A DNA stretch of 62,958 nt, the filler included, from Lenisia limosa (taxonomy: Eukaryota > Protista > Breviatea): NCBI GenBank assembly GCA_001655205.1. It is 6 parts of 6 records of this genome, joined end to end, with 100 filler letters (N's around TTAATTAATTAA, not from the genome) between each part and the next. Parts side by side here need not be neighbours in the genome. Positions count along the whole stretch, not along the records: positions 1 to 16,445 come from LPNZ01001630.1; positions 16,546 to 30,251 come from LPNZ01001641.1; 4 more parts are not named here. One strand, given 5' to 3'. The notes beneath the pieces were generated by a model. The model did not search any database and was not told the DNA's origin. It worked only from the letters and a program-made list of their open reading frames with translations. Below are positions 13,101 to 26,811 of this stretch, one piece after another. Each line of letters starts with the position of its first letter. Positions within the stretch are counted from its first letter, which is position 1. A program made the translations under genes and the position numbers.

Positions 13101-16100
13101 GGACTGCTGAGGCCCTCTTATCCGCTAACGATGAGCTTTCGGATCTTTCTGCTAAATTGGCTGCGATACAGGCAAAACAGGTTTGCCAGCTTTGGTTGAA
13201 CATTAAAAAAGGCTCAGTTGAATTATTATATGCATCTGCAAGATTGAATAGCCAGTTCACTTGTTTACTGAGTGTTTTGCGTTTATTGGTTCTTTAGGAT
13301 CTCCAACTTCCTTCTGGCCTCTCACCACTCCCCATCACCTCCGAAACTCCTCCTCACGTCATTGCTGCTAGTATGGGGGAGCAAGGTATGAGATCAGTCA
13401 TAATAGAATCATCTTATTAATACCAATGCTATGGTGCTAGTTTTTGTAATTTAGAACTTCCATTGTTCTGTTATTCACAAATTATCGTATCATGACACTG
13501 GTGTGCATGTGTCCCTTTCACGTCCTCAAGGACCTTCCACCCCCGACCGATCCGACGTTCCAGTTTCACCGTCCGGCCGTTTGACTCCCTTAACTCGCCC
13601 GGGATCTGGACGACAGAGCCCTTACCCGCAACTGGTTGGCGTGGCTATTACTGATGACTCTTTGTTGCTAATAGTTCAGGTCGCTAGACTAAATTCATGT
13701 TTTTTTTTCTATTTTCCACAAGTGACCTTTTAGATTTCATCAGATGCGGCAACCAATAACCAAATGGAACAGCAACTCAATAAGTTGCAGGTGAGCCATA
13801 TGTTGTTTTTCACAATAGATTCCGCTCCAAATATGTACATTAATCTCTTCTATCAGTGTTGCTATGGATTCTTACCTCCCAGAATGTTGTTGTTGATATG
13901 GCGTCAAAGGTTGCGGAAGCCTCAAGAGACAGTCGGTCTGCTATGGGCTTGAACTTCTGACCTTGTGTATAATGAAATATTGCTTCTGCTAAAAAGACGT
14001 CATATGGCCTCAGACGCGCCATTTCTGGCAACCTTGACGCCACACGCGAGCGCGAAGTATTGCGCGAACACGTTGCGGAAGTACGTCAGAACATTGGTCG
14101 TCTAGGGGCCAAGACTGACGACGTCAACGCGGCCCTCAGTACTGTGATGCAGAGGGTGGCTGCAATGGAGGACTCTGAAGCCGCCAGAGACTCCAGGTTG
14201 GTGCTTATCTCAGCATGTTATCAAAGATTAAAACAATTAAAACAATTAATTATTCCATTTTTCTACAGTTCTAAAATGCACTGTACAATCCACAAACTCA
14301 TTGACATATGCGATCATTCCTTGTATAATCAAACTTGCTCTTTCAGATCTTGCTACAGTAATCACAATTTACCTATGATTGACCAATACAGGGTTGGAAA
14401 CGTGCAAGACCGATTATCGCGTGTTGGCGACCAATTGATGAACATGGACGGACAGGTCCAGAACTTCATAAGGGAAGAACGGACCAAGTCGAAGGACGGT
14501 CAAATGGCAGCTATTGGGGGAAGTCCTAAAAGAGGTGAGGGACGCGTTTCACTCTTAACATTTCTTTTTCACATGTTCATCATTTATGAAACTTAACGCG
14601 GGGGAGAGGGGGGTAGTATATAAATGAGCCTCACGATACCTTTTATCATACTATTTCAGATCAAGAGGAAACCACCAGGCCGGCTAAGACCGATGATGCC
14701 AAGCTTGGCAACTCACCCCGTGACACTCTTTCCACCTCACCCCAGAAGTCCACCCAAGGTGCTGCTAATGCCCAGGCGCAAATGCGAGTTTTTGACAGTC
14801 GAATCGCTGAGGTGTGTGTCATATTAGGCTTGTGTAGTATTTTTACATTCATGATATCGAATTGTCATATTTACTATATAAACAATTTGCGTCTGAGAAT
14901 GGAATGTCCTTTTTGTGTCTAATTTAACGGCAATTAACAACAACATTACTCTCCGTAGGTTGAGGGCATGATCAACCAAGTGCTAGGTATGGCAGCGAAG
15001 GCTCAGAAAATGGCTGAAAACGCAACCAATGTAAGTTGCTGCTGGGTATGGAAATCTTCAGTCTTTTAACCCTTTGTGCTAGATCTATGAGTATTCAAAC
15101 GTTTCTGTAAATTAGCGAACCAATGTTGAGTTCCTTACTGTTTAGGCCATACCTGCCGAAACAACTACCTCCAGCAATGAGCTTGAGCAACAGGTATGCT
15201 CAGAATATGGTATTTCATTCACCCTCCTACATCATGCATTCGCATTTATTTTAATTCGTATCTTTATGCCAATGTTCACCATTGTATTTCCTTCGTTTCA
15301 CCCCACCCCCCAGCTCAACACCCTTACCGGCCGCCTATCAGCNNNNNNNNNNNNNNNNNNNNNNNNNNNNNNNNNNNNNNNNNNNNNNNNNNNNNNNNNN
15401 NNNNNNNNNNNNNNNNNNNNNNNNNNNNNNNNNNNNNNNNNNNAGACTCAAAAATTCAGCTGACCGAGGAGCTATCTAAAAAGGGTCGGTTCAGTGGTGG
15501 ATTAATCAACATGTAGCTCATATTCATGTGTGGGTTTGGAAATGCAAATGATAATGGAGTTTCAAATAGGAATGCTGCTTATTGCCATTTTAGCCGATAT
15601 GAAAGCGCTTTCTGAGAAGGCGAACAGACCCTATGTTGAAGCGCTTTTCAACAGAGTCACGTCTATGATCAACGGCGTATCAGATAAGGTCAATGCGAAC
15701 TCTGTTGGAGGGGGCGGGTCAATGCGAACTCTGTTGGAGGGGGCGGGGTCGAGGGACACAATATGAACTAGTAGTATATAGTATACTACATTGTTCTGTT
15801 CGTTACTAAACCGGATTGAATGGAGCTATCCACGCTTCTACAAGTTATACTATCAGCTTTCAGTTATTCAGCCCATATTATCGGCCGTTTTCTCATTTCC
15901 GCAGTCATCTGAGGTGCAGCAGGCTTCCCTTGCTGATGCCCTTGCTACTAAGGCCGATGTTGACCTTGTGCAAGGTATGGGGTAGAGTGGAAAATGTCAC
16001 AAAAGATTTGGCAAAAGCGATTTTATTACACTATCTATGCCTGAAACTAAGTATTTTTGGTTGCCAAAAGAGAATATCCAAAATGGCGCTTACGCTGATT

Positions 16101-16390
16101 TAGGACTTGAATATCCAACACGGTTCTTACTCCGATTTAGGACTTGCACAAGCCGTCGCCGTTTTACATAACGCTGTCAACGAATCTGGCTCGAATATCC
16201 ACACTGCTACCTCCACCTCCACACATAAAGTGGTTGGTTAGGCGTGTTTGACTGAAGCAGCTGCAATAGATATCCCTCAAAGAGCTTCACAAATGCTTAT
16301 TGTTGCAGGAAAAAGACGAGTTTGCTGCAATTACAGTGCGTGGTTACCCCAGGTTCTGCCTCACGTGTGCCAGGCCAATTGATAAGGTAC
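10190..16390 (+). CDS. Large coiled-coil protein with a C-terminal CxxC motif (possibly DUF4795 / QRICH2-C16orf96-like); 3' end cut by a contig join
   Basis: More than 20 short exons encoding heptad-rich sequence (SLSAEVESLRKALDKAESEREESERRREE; IEALKDITAASELKATRTAEALLSANDELSDLSAKLAAIQAKQ; EVLREHVAEVRQNIGRLGAKTDDVNAALSTVMQRVAAME). Late exons read LADALATKADVDLVQ and EKDEFAAITVRGYPRFCLTCARPIDK. The family assignment is from recalled motif resemblance only. Confidence 0.55.
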
Positions 16391-16445
16391 GCCATTTACT
16401 ATTGTGCCATGTTTTTTTTTTTTCTCCAACTTTACACGCTGGAGT

Positions 16446-16545
16446 NNNNNNNNNNNNNNNNNNNNNNNNNNNNNNNNNNNNNNNNNNNNTTAATTAATTA
16501 ANNNNNNNNNNNNNNNNNNNNNNNNNNNNNNNNNNNNNNNNNNNN
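16446..16545. other. Artificial contig spacer (N44-TTAATTAATTAA-N44)
   Basis: Six-frame stop linker at 16490-16501 centred in Ns. The same linker recurs at 30296, 54968, 58979 and 61239. Confidence 0.92.
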
Positions 16546-16784
16546 GGGAGGGAGGGGTAAGTACCTATCTGGCATTATACGGTTTTCAAAGATATTGTCA
16601 TATGACACCAATTTTTACGGCTTCACACCAATGTATTTTATCGTTTATCTCCGCAGCCCCCCTACCCCGAAGTCAAGTGGTGCAAATTCATTGCGAACCG
16701 TACCAAGTTGGCGTATATCGGGTAAGCTGGTTTCTTGCTCTGGCCGTCCTTTTTGTATCAAAACGACTGTACATATTGGATTTA

Positions 16785-16879
16785 GGGCTTCCCTACGGTC
16801 CGAAAAAGACCGTCAAAATATCGATATTTATCGAGGATTTATCGTGAAAATCATCCTTTTTTAAACCTTAGGGAAACCC
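16785..16879. mobile_element. MITE-like element, ~95 bp, copy 1
   Basis: Terminal inverted repeats GGGCTTCCCTACGG...CCTTAGGGAAACCC with the shared AAAATATCGAT/TTTATCGAG core. Confidence 0.7.
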
Positions 16880-16938
16880 CAGTTGGGCGAGTTTATCTTT
16901 TTACCTTTGTTTCAACTCCAATTTAGATACTCATATGA

Positions 16939-19900
16939 ATGTCTTCATCTATGTATCTTGGATTCCTCCCAACAAAGCTCAACATCCTTGAATTACTATT
17001 CCAGAACATGCTGCTGCTCGTGCTTCCTTGTTCTGTTCATGATCTTCATTTTGGCGTTCACCACTCTTGCGACTCTTTCCAGTGAGGTGCCATGGTATGT
17101 GGGTTGTCTGGTTTGCATTGGTAATAGGTTAGACGTAGCTGGGGAGGAGGAGTAAATCGACGGAAATTCGAGGAAATGGCGTATGGGGATGTAAATTTTT
17201 GCTTCCAATCTCAATACATTTGTTGCACAATTATAGGCCTCATATCATAAGAGTAAACCAAATATTGGTCTTGATCAAGTTTAAAGGAGCAGGTGCACAA
17301 ATAGTTAATCACAATTAGGGGTGAATGACAATTGCACGTCTTTCATATAAGGAAACCCACTTCCTTATTGTGTTCACAATTACAGGTCTGACTGGGACAA
17401 CGAGGCCGTTCAGAGGGAAAGCAGCTATGCCGCTGCACTCAGCAAAACTGGCAGTAGCTCTGAGGTCCTTGAACCAAACTCGGTACGTGATATACAATAT
17501 ATTCTACGGATTGATATGTCTTTTTTCTATTCTTCTTCATAGTGTTCATATCACCCAATCACATAATCTGAATACTGTGTAAGTATCTGTTTTTTTAATT
17601 TAATATTCATGTTCCTCTTTTTCAGTTTTTTTTTCGGTTATCTCACCTTCCAGGACCCACAATATTTCCTTCAGATGATTTACGAGGCTGAAAATAAGAA
17701 TGAAGAAGGGAAATACGCGTTTACTGAAGAGCACATGCGCAGAATTCTTCATATCGAAAACTCCATCTTTGCCGCTCCTGAAATGGAGAAGTACTGCTAC
17801 AAGGCCTCTGGTGGGAGGGCGCTCAAATTAGACAGATTTCCATCTTTCCCTCTTTGGTTTTTGATTCAGTTCAGTTCATATTTGTTTTGTAATTTATTTT
17901 ACAGGCTTCTGCATTCCCCCACGTTCAATGATGGCAGCCTTAACCACTTGGGACCGTGAGGAGGGGTGGTAATGAAGGCTTCAGTTTCAAAAAGGCTGAA
18001 TATATCGATATTGGTCTGAAGCCCCAGTGGTAAATGAGAAGCTATTGCCTTCTAACATTGTTATAGTTATATTAGAAACATATACATAGCATCAATTTCC
18101 AAGCGAATCTATTATTAAATCAAGCGCAAGGTGGCTAATAAAATACCATAAATTCACCACCGCAATCGTTATGACCGTTGTAGCTGTCAATAAGATTATG
18201 CCAGAAAGCACTTTGAAAGTCGACTTGGGCAACTCATCACAGTTCCATCAAACGCTTCAGGGCTTCAATGCAAACGAACAAGCTTCATATTTCGTAGGCA
18301 ATATATTTGGCGTTTTCAGTTAACTGACCTTACAGATTGACAAGTACTATTCGAACGATAACCCCAACCTTCGCTTCACCCGGTCAATTGTCATGTTTGG
18401 TTTGAGGAGTAACAGCTGTATTTATTCAGAATCTACTTCGTATTTGATACCAAATTGCATTTCAAATTGGATATTGTGCCCAGTATCTTGAATTCATACG
18501 GTTACGTGTTCCGCCACATTGTAAATTGAAAAATATTTTATCAAATGATCAAATGCTAGATATTTTTTAAGATTCACACATCCAAATCAAAATACAGTCA
18601 GTGTTTTGACAATCTAGGTGTGCCGTTCACCTCAGTTGACTCCTCCTACATTAACAACTACGACGAGGGCGATAACATTAAGGACCAAAGAGTGGGTTAC
18701 GCAGATTGATACATGAAACTGAAATGTTTCACATCGGAAAGATTAGTTTGCATTTTTAGCTCAAAATACACTAACATCACCAGACTGATCTTGAGGATTG
18801 GGCCTGTGATAATCTTTTGGACCTCCTGATGGATGACGGGCCTATTGAAGGCCTTCGTGTCCTTTTCCATGGTTGGTGTAGAATATTTTTTAGTTTGTGT
18901 TTTAACTTTCACAATATGATATGGATAATTTATTCCATATTGTACCGAAGTTTTGGAGATGTAACTCTAAGAGGATTTTTCAAGAGTTCAGCTGTTATTA
19001 GAACTCTAAGTCATCTCCAGACTTTGTTATTATTTCTACAACCAATTCTAGACAATCTCCCCTGTATCAATTAGCAACTGCCACTCTGACGTATTTTCAG
19101 GTCCTGGCGTGACTGAATGCTACAAGTCACAGCTCATTACAACCGACATGAGCTTCGCTGCAGGGTCCTTTGTCTTCGTCTACGGCTTCATTACTTACAC
19201 AACATCAAGCTTATTCCTTTCGTCTATGGCTATGTTCCTCATCATTGGATCCCTACCAATTGCCATGATTTTGTACTTCTTTGTCTTGCAAATTTCCTAC
19301 CTCGGAATGTTCCACGTCATGGTATTGGGGATGGAGATTATGTTGTAGTGTTTGATATGGTTTGATTTCCATTATATTGTAGTAACGTTTCTAAACTTTT
19401 AGGCTATATATGTCATTCTTGCTATTGGAGCTGACGGCAGTGGGTGGGGTTGGACTCAAGTTTCCCAATTGTCCCATAAAGACTGGTAAAATATCGAGAT
19501 GCAGTGACTCTGATAAGCCTTGATCGATCATTGATTATCCTTCAAAACAATCTTTCAAACCTTACCATTGTTTCACATCAAAGCGCATTAGTACAAATTC
19601 CATATTACGAGAATGAACTACTGGTGATGTTCATTGACAAATTTTCAGTACTAAGACTTGTTTTTATAATAATCATAAGTAGTTGTCATATGTCAATTAA
19701 TTTAATTTAACAACCAATGTACATCTAATATTCACAGTCTTCGTGTTCACCGATGCCTGGAACCAAGCTCCTGTCCATGAGCCCCTTATCTGTGCTCAAG
19801 GTATGATAGTATCAGAAATCACAATAGAATCGAACAATAATGGTTTTTTGGCAACTGGTAAATTCTTTAAAATTTTCTAGATTGACTGTTTATGATTACA

Positions 19901-22900
19901 TGTTGTTGTACTTGGTCTTGCTGGTTGAAATGGCTAAATTGTGATAGGTCTTTCGCAGCGTTTATCATGGGCTTACCGTCGCTCAATTGGAAGTGTCATG
20001 ATTACTTCGTGAGGGGTTTGGGGACTGTTTTTCAAATATGTTGTTTGTATAAGGTATATACGCTGACTAGGTGGGTTATTGATCGAGTTTCTTTGCGAAA
20101 TCAAAAATGTAAAGACTTATCCCCGTCACTGTGTCTAATGATATCTATTTTCACTCAATTTTAATATTTCCCTTGTCTCTATTCGTTTGCATATTATATA
20201 TGATCTATATTTTAGGGATTTATATGAAATGTCACAGATTATACCTTTCTTGATCTGACCGTAGAGCAGCCACTTGTGATAGTAATCTAATTTCAACAGT
20301 TTCACGACTGCCATTGCTTTCTTGGCGACAGCAACAATTCCCTTCTACGCCATGAAAGTGTTTGGAAGTTTGTGGGTTGACCAAATTCTGGAAAGAAACT
20401 ATTATGCAATATCCTTGATGAATATCAATTGCATATAGACTGAATTCTCAATAAATTCTCACAGAAAGTCAATATACCAATCTATTGGATCACTACCCAA
20501 TTTTGCGAGTCGTTTTGAAAATTTCGATTGTGAATATTTGGTAATTTCAGTCAAAAAGAGCTTTTTTTCTCGTGCCAAGCCATTTTAAAATGTGATTCGA
20601 CCATTTTAAGGGTTTTAGGGGTCTGGCTTTCGATTTCTAACGTCATTATAAGTTTTAAAGGGCTATAAGCTCAGAAAAGGCTGTTTTTTGACATTTAAAA
20701 CCCTGTTTTCCCAATTAGGCAATTAAGGAACTTTCTGGAACTTTTTGGGCAGAAAACATACACCGCCAACCTGATGTTGCCAAAAAGTGGGGTGTTCAAT
20801 TTTTGAGCAGAAAAAAGTGGCGGTGTTCGGTGTTAATTTCTATTGTATGGTTGTACCCCCAGGCATTATACTTTCATGGAGGTAAATTGATCACTTTTTT
20901 CCCACTTTCAATTAATCCCGGAATTGTCCCAACAATCAATCTCAACCCCCCAACCTGTCATTTTGGGCATTCCCCTTCATTGTCCATAATAATATAATCC
21001 AACCTATCCCCGACACGATTTTGGGCGCCAAAATAGTGGCGGNNNNNNNNNNNNNNNNNNNNNNNNNNNNNNNNNNNNNNNNNNNNNNNNNNNNNGCTGA
21101 GCCCCCTTGGATTTCTGGACCTGCCTTTCAAAAAAGGTTCCCCGGGGCCCGGGTCTAAATTTTCTTGAAAATTTCAGAAAATCATCAATTTGGTCATTAT
21201 TTAGTATTTTGTTTGAGTTGTTTGTGACATTCAATGGATTTTTACGTTTTTAGAGGCCAATTTCTAAAAAGAAACCCAATAATCGGATATAATCGGATTA
21301 AATGCTCTTAGCATATAGCTGCTATTGGTGCTGAAATAAAGCTTCCATTCTAACGCATCTAGTCTTCACGGCCATGGTGGTTCTTTCCAACCTTGGGCTT
21401 ATTGCCGTGGTTTGGCCAGCTGTTCTCATGTTCCACCACAAGTACCTCTCATCTTCGGTTGGTTTGTCTTCAATTTGATCAATCACAGATATTTCACTAT
21501 AATATTAGTATTCGTGGTTTTAGCACTTTCTGTTATATTGAGACAATAGATGAGGAGTTACTGAGTCTAATGGATTCATAACAAATATAATCGTACTACT
21601 CTTCTTATTTTACCTCTCCATTGATTAGATATCAAACAGTCAAACTTATACATCACATCCAATTTATAACTCTCAAAGCCATATCTGGTTTCAAATTGAT
21701 GGAGTTTAACATAAACACTCGATAATTATCGGTGTGTTGTATCAAATCATCCTAATTTAACATGTGCAAGGCTTCGGTTTGAATAAATTAATTGCTAATG
21801 TTACATTAGTGTTGCTTCGTGAAGAAGAAATCCCCTGTTGTTGACGTTGCCGCCCCCCACAACTTGAAACGCCCTATTATCGAGCGTCTTTTCACCAACT
21901 TACTTGGCCCCTTTGTTGTGAAATGCAAAGTGGGCTGAAAAGGGAATTACGTTGATTTTTGAGAGTAGTACACAGCTAGGGAAATAACAGAATACACGGG
22001 CTGCCCTGAAACAAATTACTATCCTTTGATCCCAACATCAGTTGGCTTTTGTATTTCTAAGCATATTATCAGTGGAATCCCTGGTGATCTCTGGCTCTAT
22101 GGGAAAACCAAGTATTTGTAATCTTTTTGCTTGTATCACAACCGTTTATCACTAACTCTCCAGGTTGTGATCCTCGTATTTTTCCTCCTGTTTTGTATTG
22201 TCGCTATTTACTTCGCTACCCAGCTTGAACCTTCTACTGACCCCACAATGGTATGTTTTGTTGACACATGATTGGGACTATGATTTGGTGAATTGATTAT
22301 TATTCTATAATCCATATCTCTTATAGTGTGGATAGTGTGGACCGCTTTGGCCAGATATAACCTTGCTTTATTCCTCATCCCTATATATTTGACAGTTTAG
22401 CTCTATCCGAAGGGTGAAATGACACGTGATTTCCAAGATTTCCTGTAAGATATATATTATCCATATATTTAAGATGGTAAATATTGGCCTAATATCATTG
22501 TAACTGTTAGATGATAATATACTCGAAACAAAATACTATTTGAAATTATTTCATCACAATGGGTTAATGTACCAATTCTGGGAGTATAAATAAATAGCGA
22601 TATTTATCGGGGATTTATCGAGGATTCAGTCTTATTTGGAACCAAAAGTGAAGCTCTAGTTATTCGTCCTGCTTCCCCCTCCTACCAGCACATTAATGGA
22701 AGGATATCAATGTTTTTCATATTCCAGTGGTTATGGAGTTGATGAAGACGATATGGTCTTCCAAATGGACAGAGACTTCCCGTCTATCATCGTGAGTTTT
22801 GCTGATTCTCAATACTCTTCCATCTCTCTGATCCTGAGTGTTGCTGATAGCTACCATTCTCATTACTTTCATTCTCAATCACAGCTTGACTGATTCAGTT

Positions 22901-25900
22901 ATTGGCATCAATACCATTATTATCATTGTGTCATTATTATTACCATCATCATTACCCCTCTACATTTTTGCAATAATTCCTCTTATAATCATAATTATTC
23001 TCATTGATATCACATAAACTATTCCACAGTTACCATTATTATCATTTCTCAACATCTTCATAACATCAACATTCGCCTAATCAAGGTTACATTAGCATCA
23101 CACCTACAGGTGTTCCACGCATATGGCTTAGAAGAGGTTCCTGACCGCTCTGACCAAGATAAGGTCTGCAGGCATCCATAATATCGGTAGTATTCGATCA
23201 TGAAAATAACAACACGCTACAAAATATCGATAGTCTTGGAGGAATTATCATGAGATGAAATTATTTTCTGCCCGATGTGAGGCCCCAAGTACAATACTAG
23301 AGCTTCTTTTGCGGTTCCAAAAAGACAAGTAAAATACCAATGATTATCATGGATTTATCAGGTTCTAAAATAAGTCTAGACATTTGTCGATATACATTTT
23401 TGGTGCCAAAAGTGAAGATCTTGTGTTTATCCCTTAAGGCTGACCCATTGGACCTCCCTGAGCCTGTTTATGATGACAATTTCAACATCAATAGTTTCAC
23501 TCCGAAAGCGCAGCAGGTTTGCATTAATAAGGAGTATTTATTATAATAATCAAATATCTCTTATTAATTTTCGTTCCAATTAAACTGTGCTGCATGGTGA
23601 CTTTATTTCTGCTTGGTATTGGGTAAGGCTTCAACTTGAGACTTCCACATCACATTTATATTATTATATGTATTAATTTTGTTATTCGTTTTTCTAAGTT
23701 TAACATTTTTCTAACACTTTAGTTTATGAAGGATTCCTGTCTCACAATGTACCAAGACACAGGCTGTACGGTTCTCTCGGCCAAACAGTGTAAGGAAGCT
23801 TACGACATTGCTGGCGTCTACAACAGAAACAAGGAGGTAAGGAAAGGAGGCGGCGAGTTGACATTATCTTGAGTGCTACATCCAAGTATTTACAATTATC
23901 CACGTTCTGTTTTTTACCAGCCAATTGTCTCACACATTTCAGCATAGTTGCTTTATGGAGAGCTTCGAAGCCTATGTAATATCGCAAAACTTGACCTTCC
24001 CGGTTCCTAAGGCCGACTTCCCTAAGCTTCTCCTGCAAATGATGGATCTGTCAAGAAGTGACAATGTCACCCCCAGAACAATTGTTGGTTTTGTTTGTAT
24101 TTGAAACGATATTACAGATGTAGTGATGTAAAATGACGATATCGTATGGTATTTGGATCAATTAATCGGTTTTCATCTTGTCATTTGCTTAAATAAGATA
24201 GAATGGAAATATGATATGGCTTTATTTTAGAGATTAATTTGTTTACTACATTCATACCAAGATCCCTTAATTAGCCTAATAATTTGTACTCTCGTTGATT
24301 TTAGTACTGATACATTAGCACGCAGAAAACGTTGGAGTTGTTGAGGGTGAAATCAAATTCCTCTCCATTTCAGTCAACACTACCAAAACAACCAAGGTCA
24401 GCTGGGTGGAGTGACTGTTGTTGGGTGTTATAATGTATTCACAAATACTTCATTCTACTCAATTGTATATCATATGTATTATATACTACGTATGATATGA
24501 TAATTCATTGACAAATGACATTAAAATTATGATCCACTTGGTAATTTACATTTCTGCTCGATGCTGTGTTAACTTCCGATTAAACAAAACTAAACAGAAA
24601 TGAGTCGGATATTGACGTCATTGCTGTAGATCTCTTTCTCAGATGGCATCCCTGTTTACGAAGACTACAATGAATGGTCCTCATACCTCAATCAAATCGC
24701 AGCTGATGTAGGGGGCGGGAGGGAGGGTCAGTTATTCCTTCATAACATGTTTGTTTTGTTATATAAGATATTACAAAGTCAAAGTTTTTTGAGAGACATA
24801 ACATTCAATAATCTATTCTGAGAATAGATCAACAACTTAATTCCGTAGGACTCGGAGCTGCAATTCCTTGGAAACGGTTTCCAATTTTCAGAGGCATCTT
24901 GGGCAGGTGTGTACGCTCAAAAAACCCTGCATGATTCCGCCTTCGTAGGGGGTGGCTGTGTTTTAAGATTAGATAAATTTATACCGTTTTACGGGAAGTG
25001 AATTGTTTTAATGTGTGATGAATAATATGCCTTTGTAGGGGAGACTTGATTTTTAGATTGGATAAGTGTTTTCACACCAATTCAAAAGTTAATTTTATTC
25101 AATTTCTTTGTGTTTTGGCATATATTTTCTATTTGTGATTGGCACACTTACGCAAATATTCTTCGTCGAATTTATCCACCACCACACAGCAAGCCATGGG
25201 CATTTCACTGTGCCTGGCTTTCGTTATTCTCCTCATTGCCACTGCCAACCCCATACTGGCAGTCTTGACTACCTTGAACATTTCCATTATTTGTGGGTTG
25301 AGGAAATTCAAACGTACGCCAGTTCATGAATTCAATAGTGAGATTCCATGTGACTATTTTTCCATCTTGTACACTATGATAAGTCCTGACATGCATGGAT
25401 TATATTGAGAAATTACTTTATTTGTATCAGGACTTTCGCGGTCATTATACAAGGTTTACGGTGTTTACACTGACACATCACGCAAAGAATAAGTGTTATT
25501 TTAATCCCTCATTAAGATATCATATAGTATCCTTTCTCAGTTACGCATAGAGCGTTATGCATATGATCTATTCATACAACGTCATATCACATGGCAAAAT
25601 GTCACGACAATCAGGTATGTCTGTTCTGGCATCCATGGTGGTGATGGGCTGGAAGATTGACCCTCTTGTCTCCATTGCTATGCAGCTTGTCATCGGTTTC
25701 TCAGTGGGATGGGATGAGAGTATTTTTCAAATTATGGACTTATTCTCAATAATTTTGATATATTATACCGGCAAGAAAAAATAGTCAACATTATTCTGGG
25801 TATTTTAAGAATTCAGATAGAGATATGATATCATAAACACTCCACCATGCATCTGTATTTGAATATGATGAATTGCGGTTTGTAGTTAGGGGTTATCATG

Positions 25901-26811
25901 AATGGGTGGGGATCATTAAAACTACAACTGGCAGTATTCCAAATATATATGCTGATTTCTTGTGTTTCTGTTTGCTCAAAATCGAAATTACTCCGTAGGT
26001 GGACTATTCAGCACATCTTCTTGCCGGATACTCGAGAGAAAGCAGGGCCTTGAAGAGGGAACAGAAGGTGCTTGACATGCTTGCTGCGGTTGGAGTTTCC
26101 GTCACAAGCGGTGAGCGGGATGGTGGTATAACAATTCTTGGAATGCAAGAAAGAACCGGAGGTAAATATGTGTTTAGGTGGATAAGGGGGATGATTAAGA
26201 CATAATTACTTGGGCTTCACTTCGGTTCAAAAAAGACTGAATTTCTCGATAAATTCTAGCAAATTATCGAGATTTTGTAGGTCTTTTTCAAACCGAAGTG
26301 AAACCCTCTTAATTTCAAAAGGTCACTTTGGTCATTTCACAGGTCATATTTCTAACAAATTCAGGTGCAATTTCCACCGCTGGAGCGTGCTCACTTCTTC
26401 TCTTCTGCCTTTCTATTTTCCTTTATCGGTTTGAGGTGGAGCAAAATAGTATATGATATTATCATATTTGTCTGCAAATTGTATAAATTTGTTTCCAAGT
26501 CAAAAATTTTGGATGCAAGTTACTTTATTCCCAAATTTATATTTTGAGTATTAACTCCCACGAAATAGTATATACTCTTATTCAAAGTCTCTTTGATAGA
26601 AGGCTTCGGTCAGATTCAAATATTTTAATTTCATTTCCCCATTTTTCAGAACGTTTCACACTTCAGATTTGGAGTGTTTATTGTCCTTACCATCATCTAC
26701 TCCCTCGTCTATTCCGTCTTCCTTCTCGGAAGCGCCTTAGCTACTTTTGGCCCTGAAGTATGTGGAATTTGCTAAAGAAAACTGGCAGTACTTTCAGATG
26801 ATTATTGACTG
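16939..26811 (+). CDS. Dispatched/Patched-family RND membrane protein with a sterol-sensing domain (Dispatched-like); 3' end approximate
   Basis: N-terminal TM (MSSSITCCCSCFLVLFMIFILAF). SSD exon DMSFAAGSFVFVYGFITYTTSSLFLSSMAMFLIIGSLPIAMILYFFVLQISYLGMFHVM, then AIYVILAIGAD..FVFTDAWNQA. Second half has MGISLCLAFVILLIATANPILAVLTTLNI, VVMGWKIDPLVSIAMQLVIGFS/VDYSAHLLAGY (TM10 GxxxD motif), VGVSVTSGAISTAGA and FGVFIVLTIIYSLVYSVFLLGSALATFGPE. Confidence 0.88.
26212..26306. mobile_element. MITE-like element, copy 2 (intron of the Dispatched-like gene)
   Basis: GGGCTTCACTTCGGTT...AACCGAAGTGAAACCC; core AAAGACTGAATTTCTCGATAAATTC. Confidence 0.75.
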
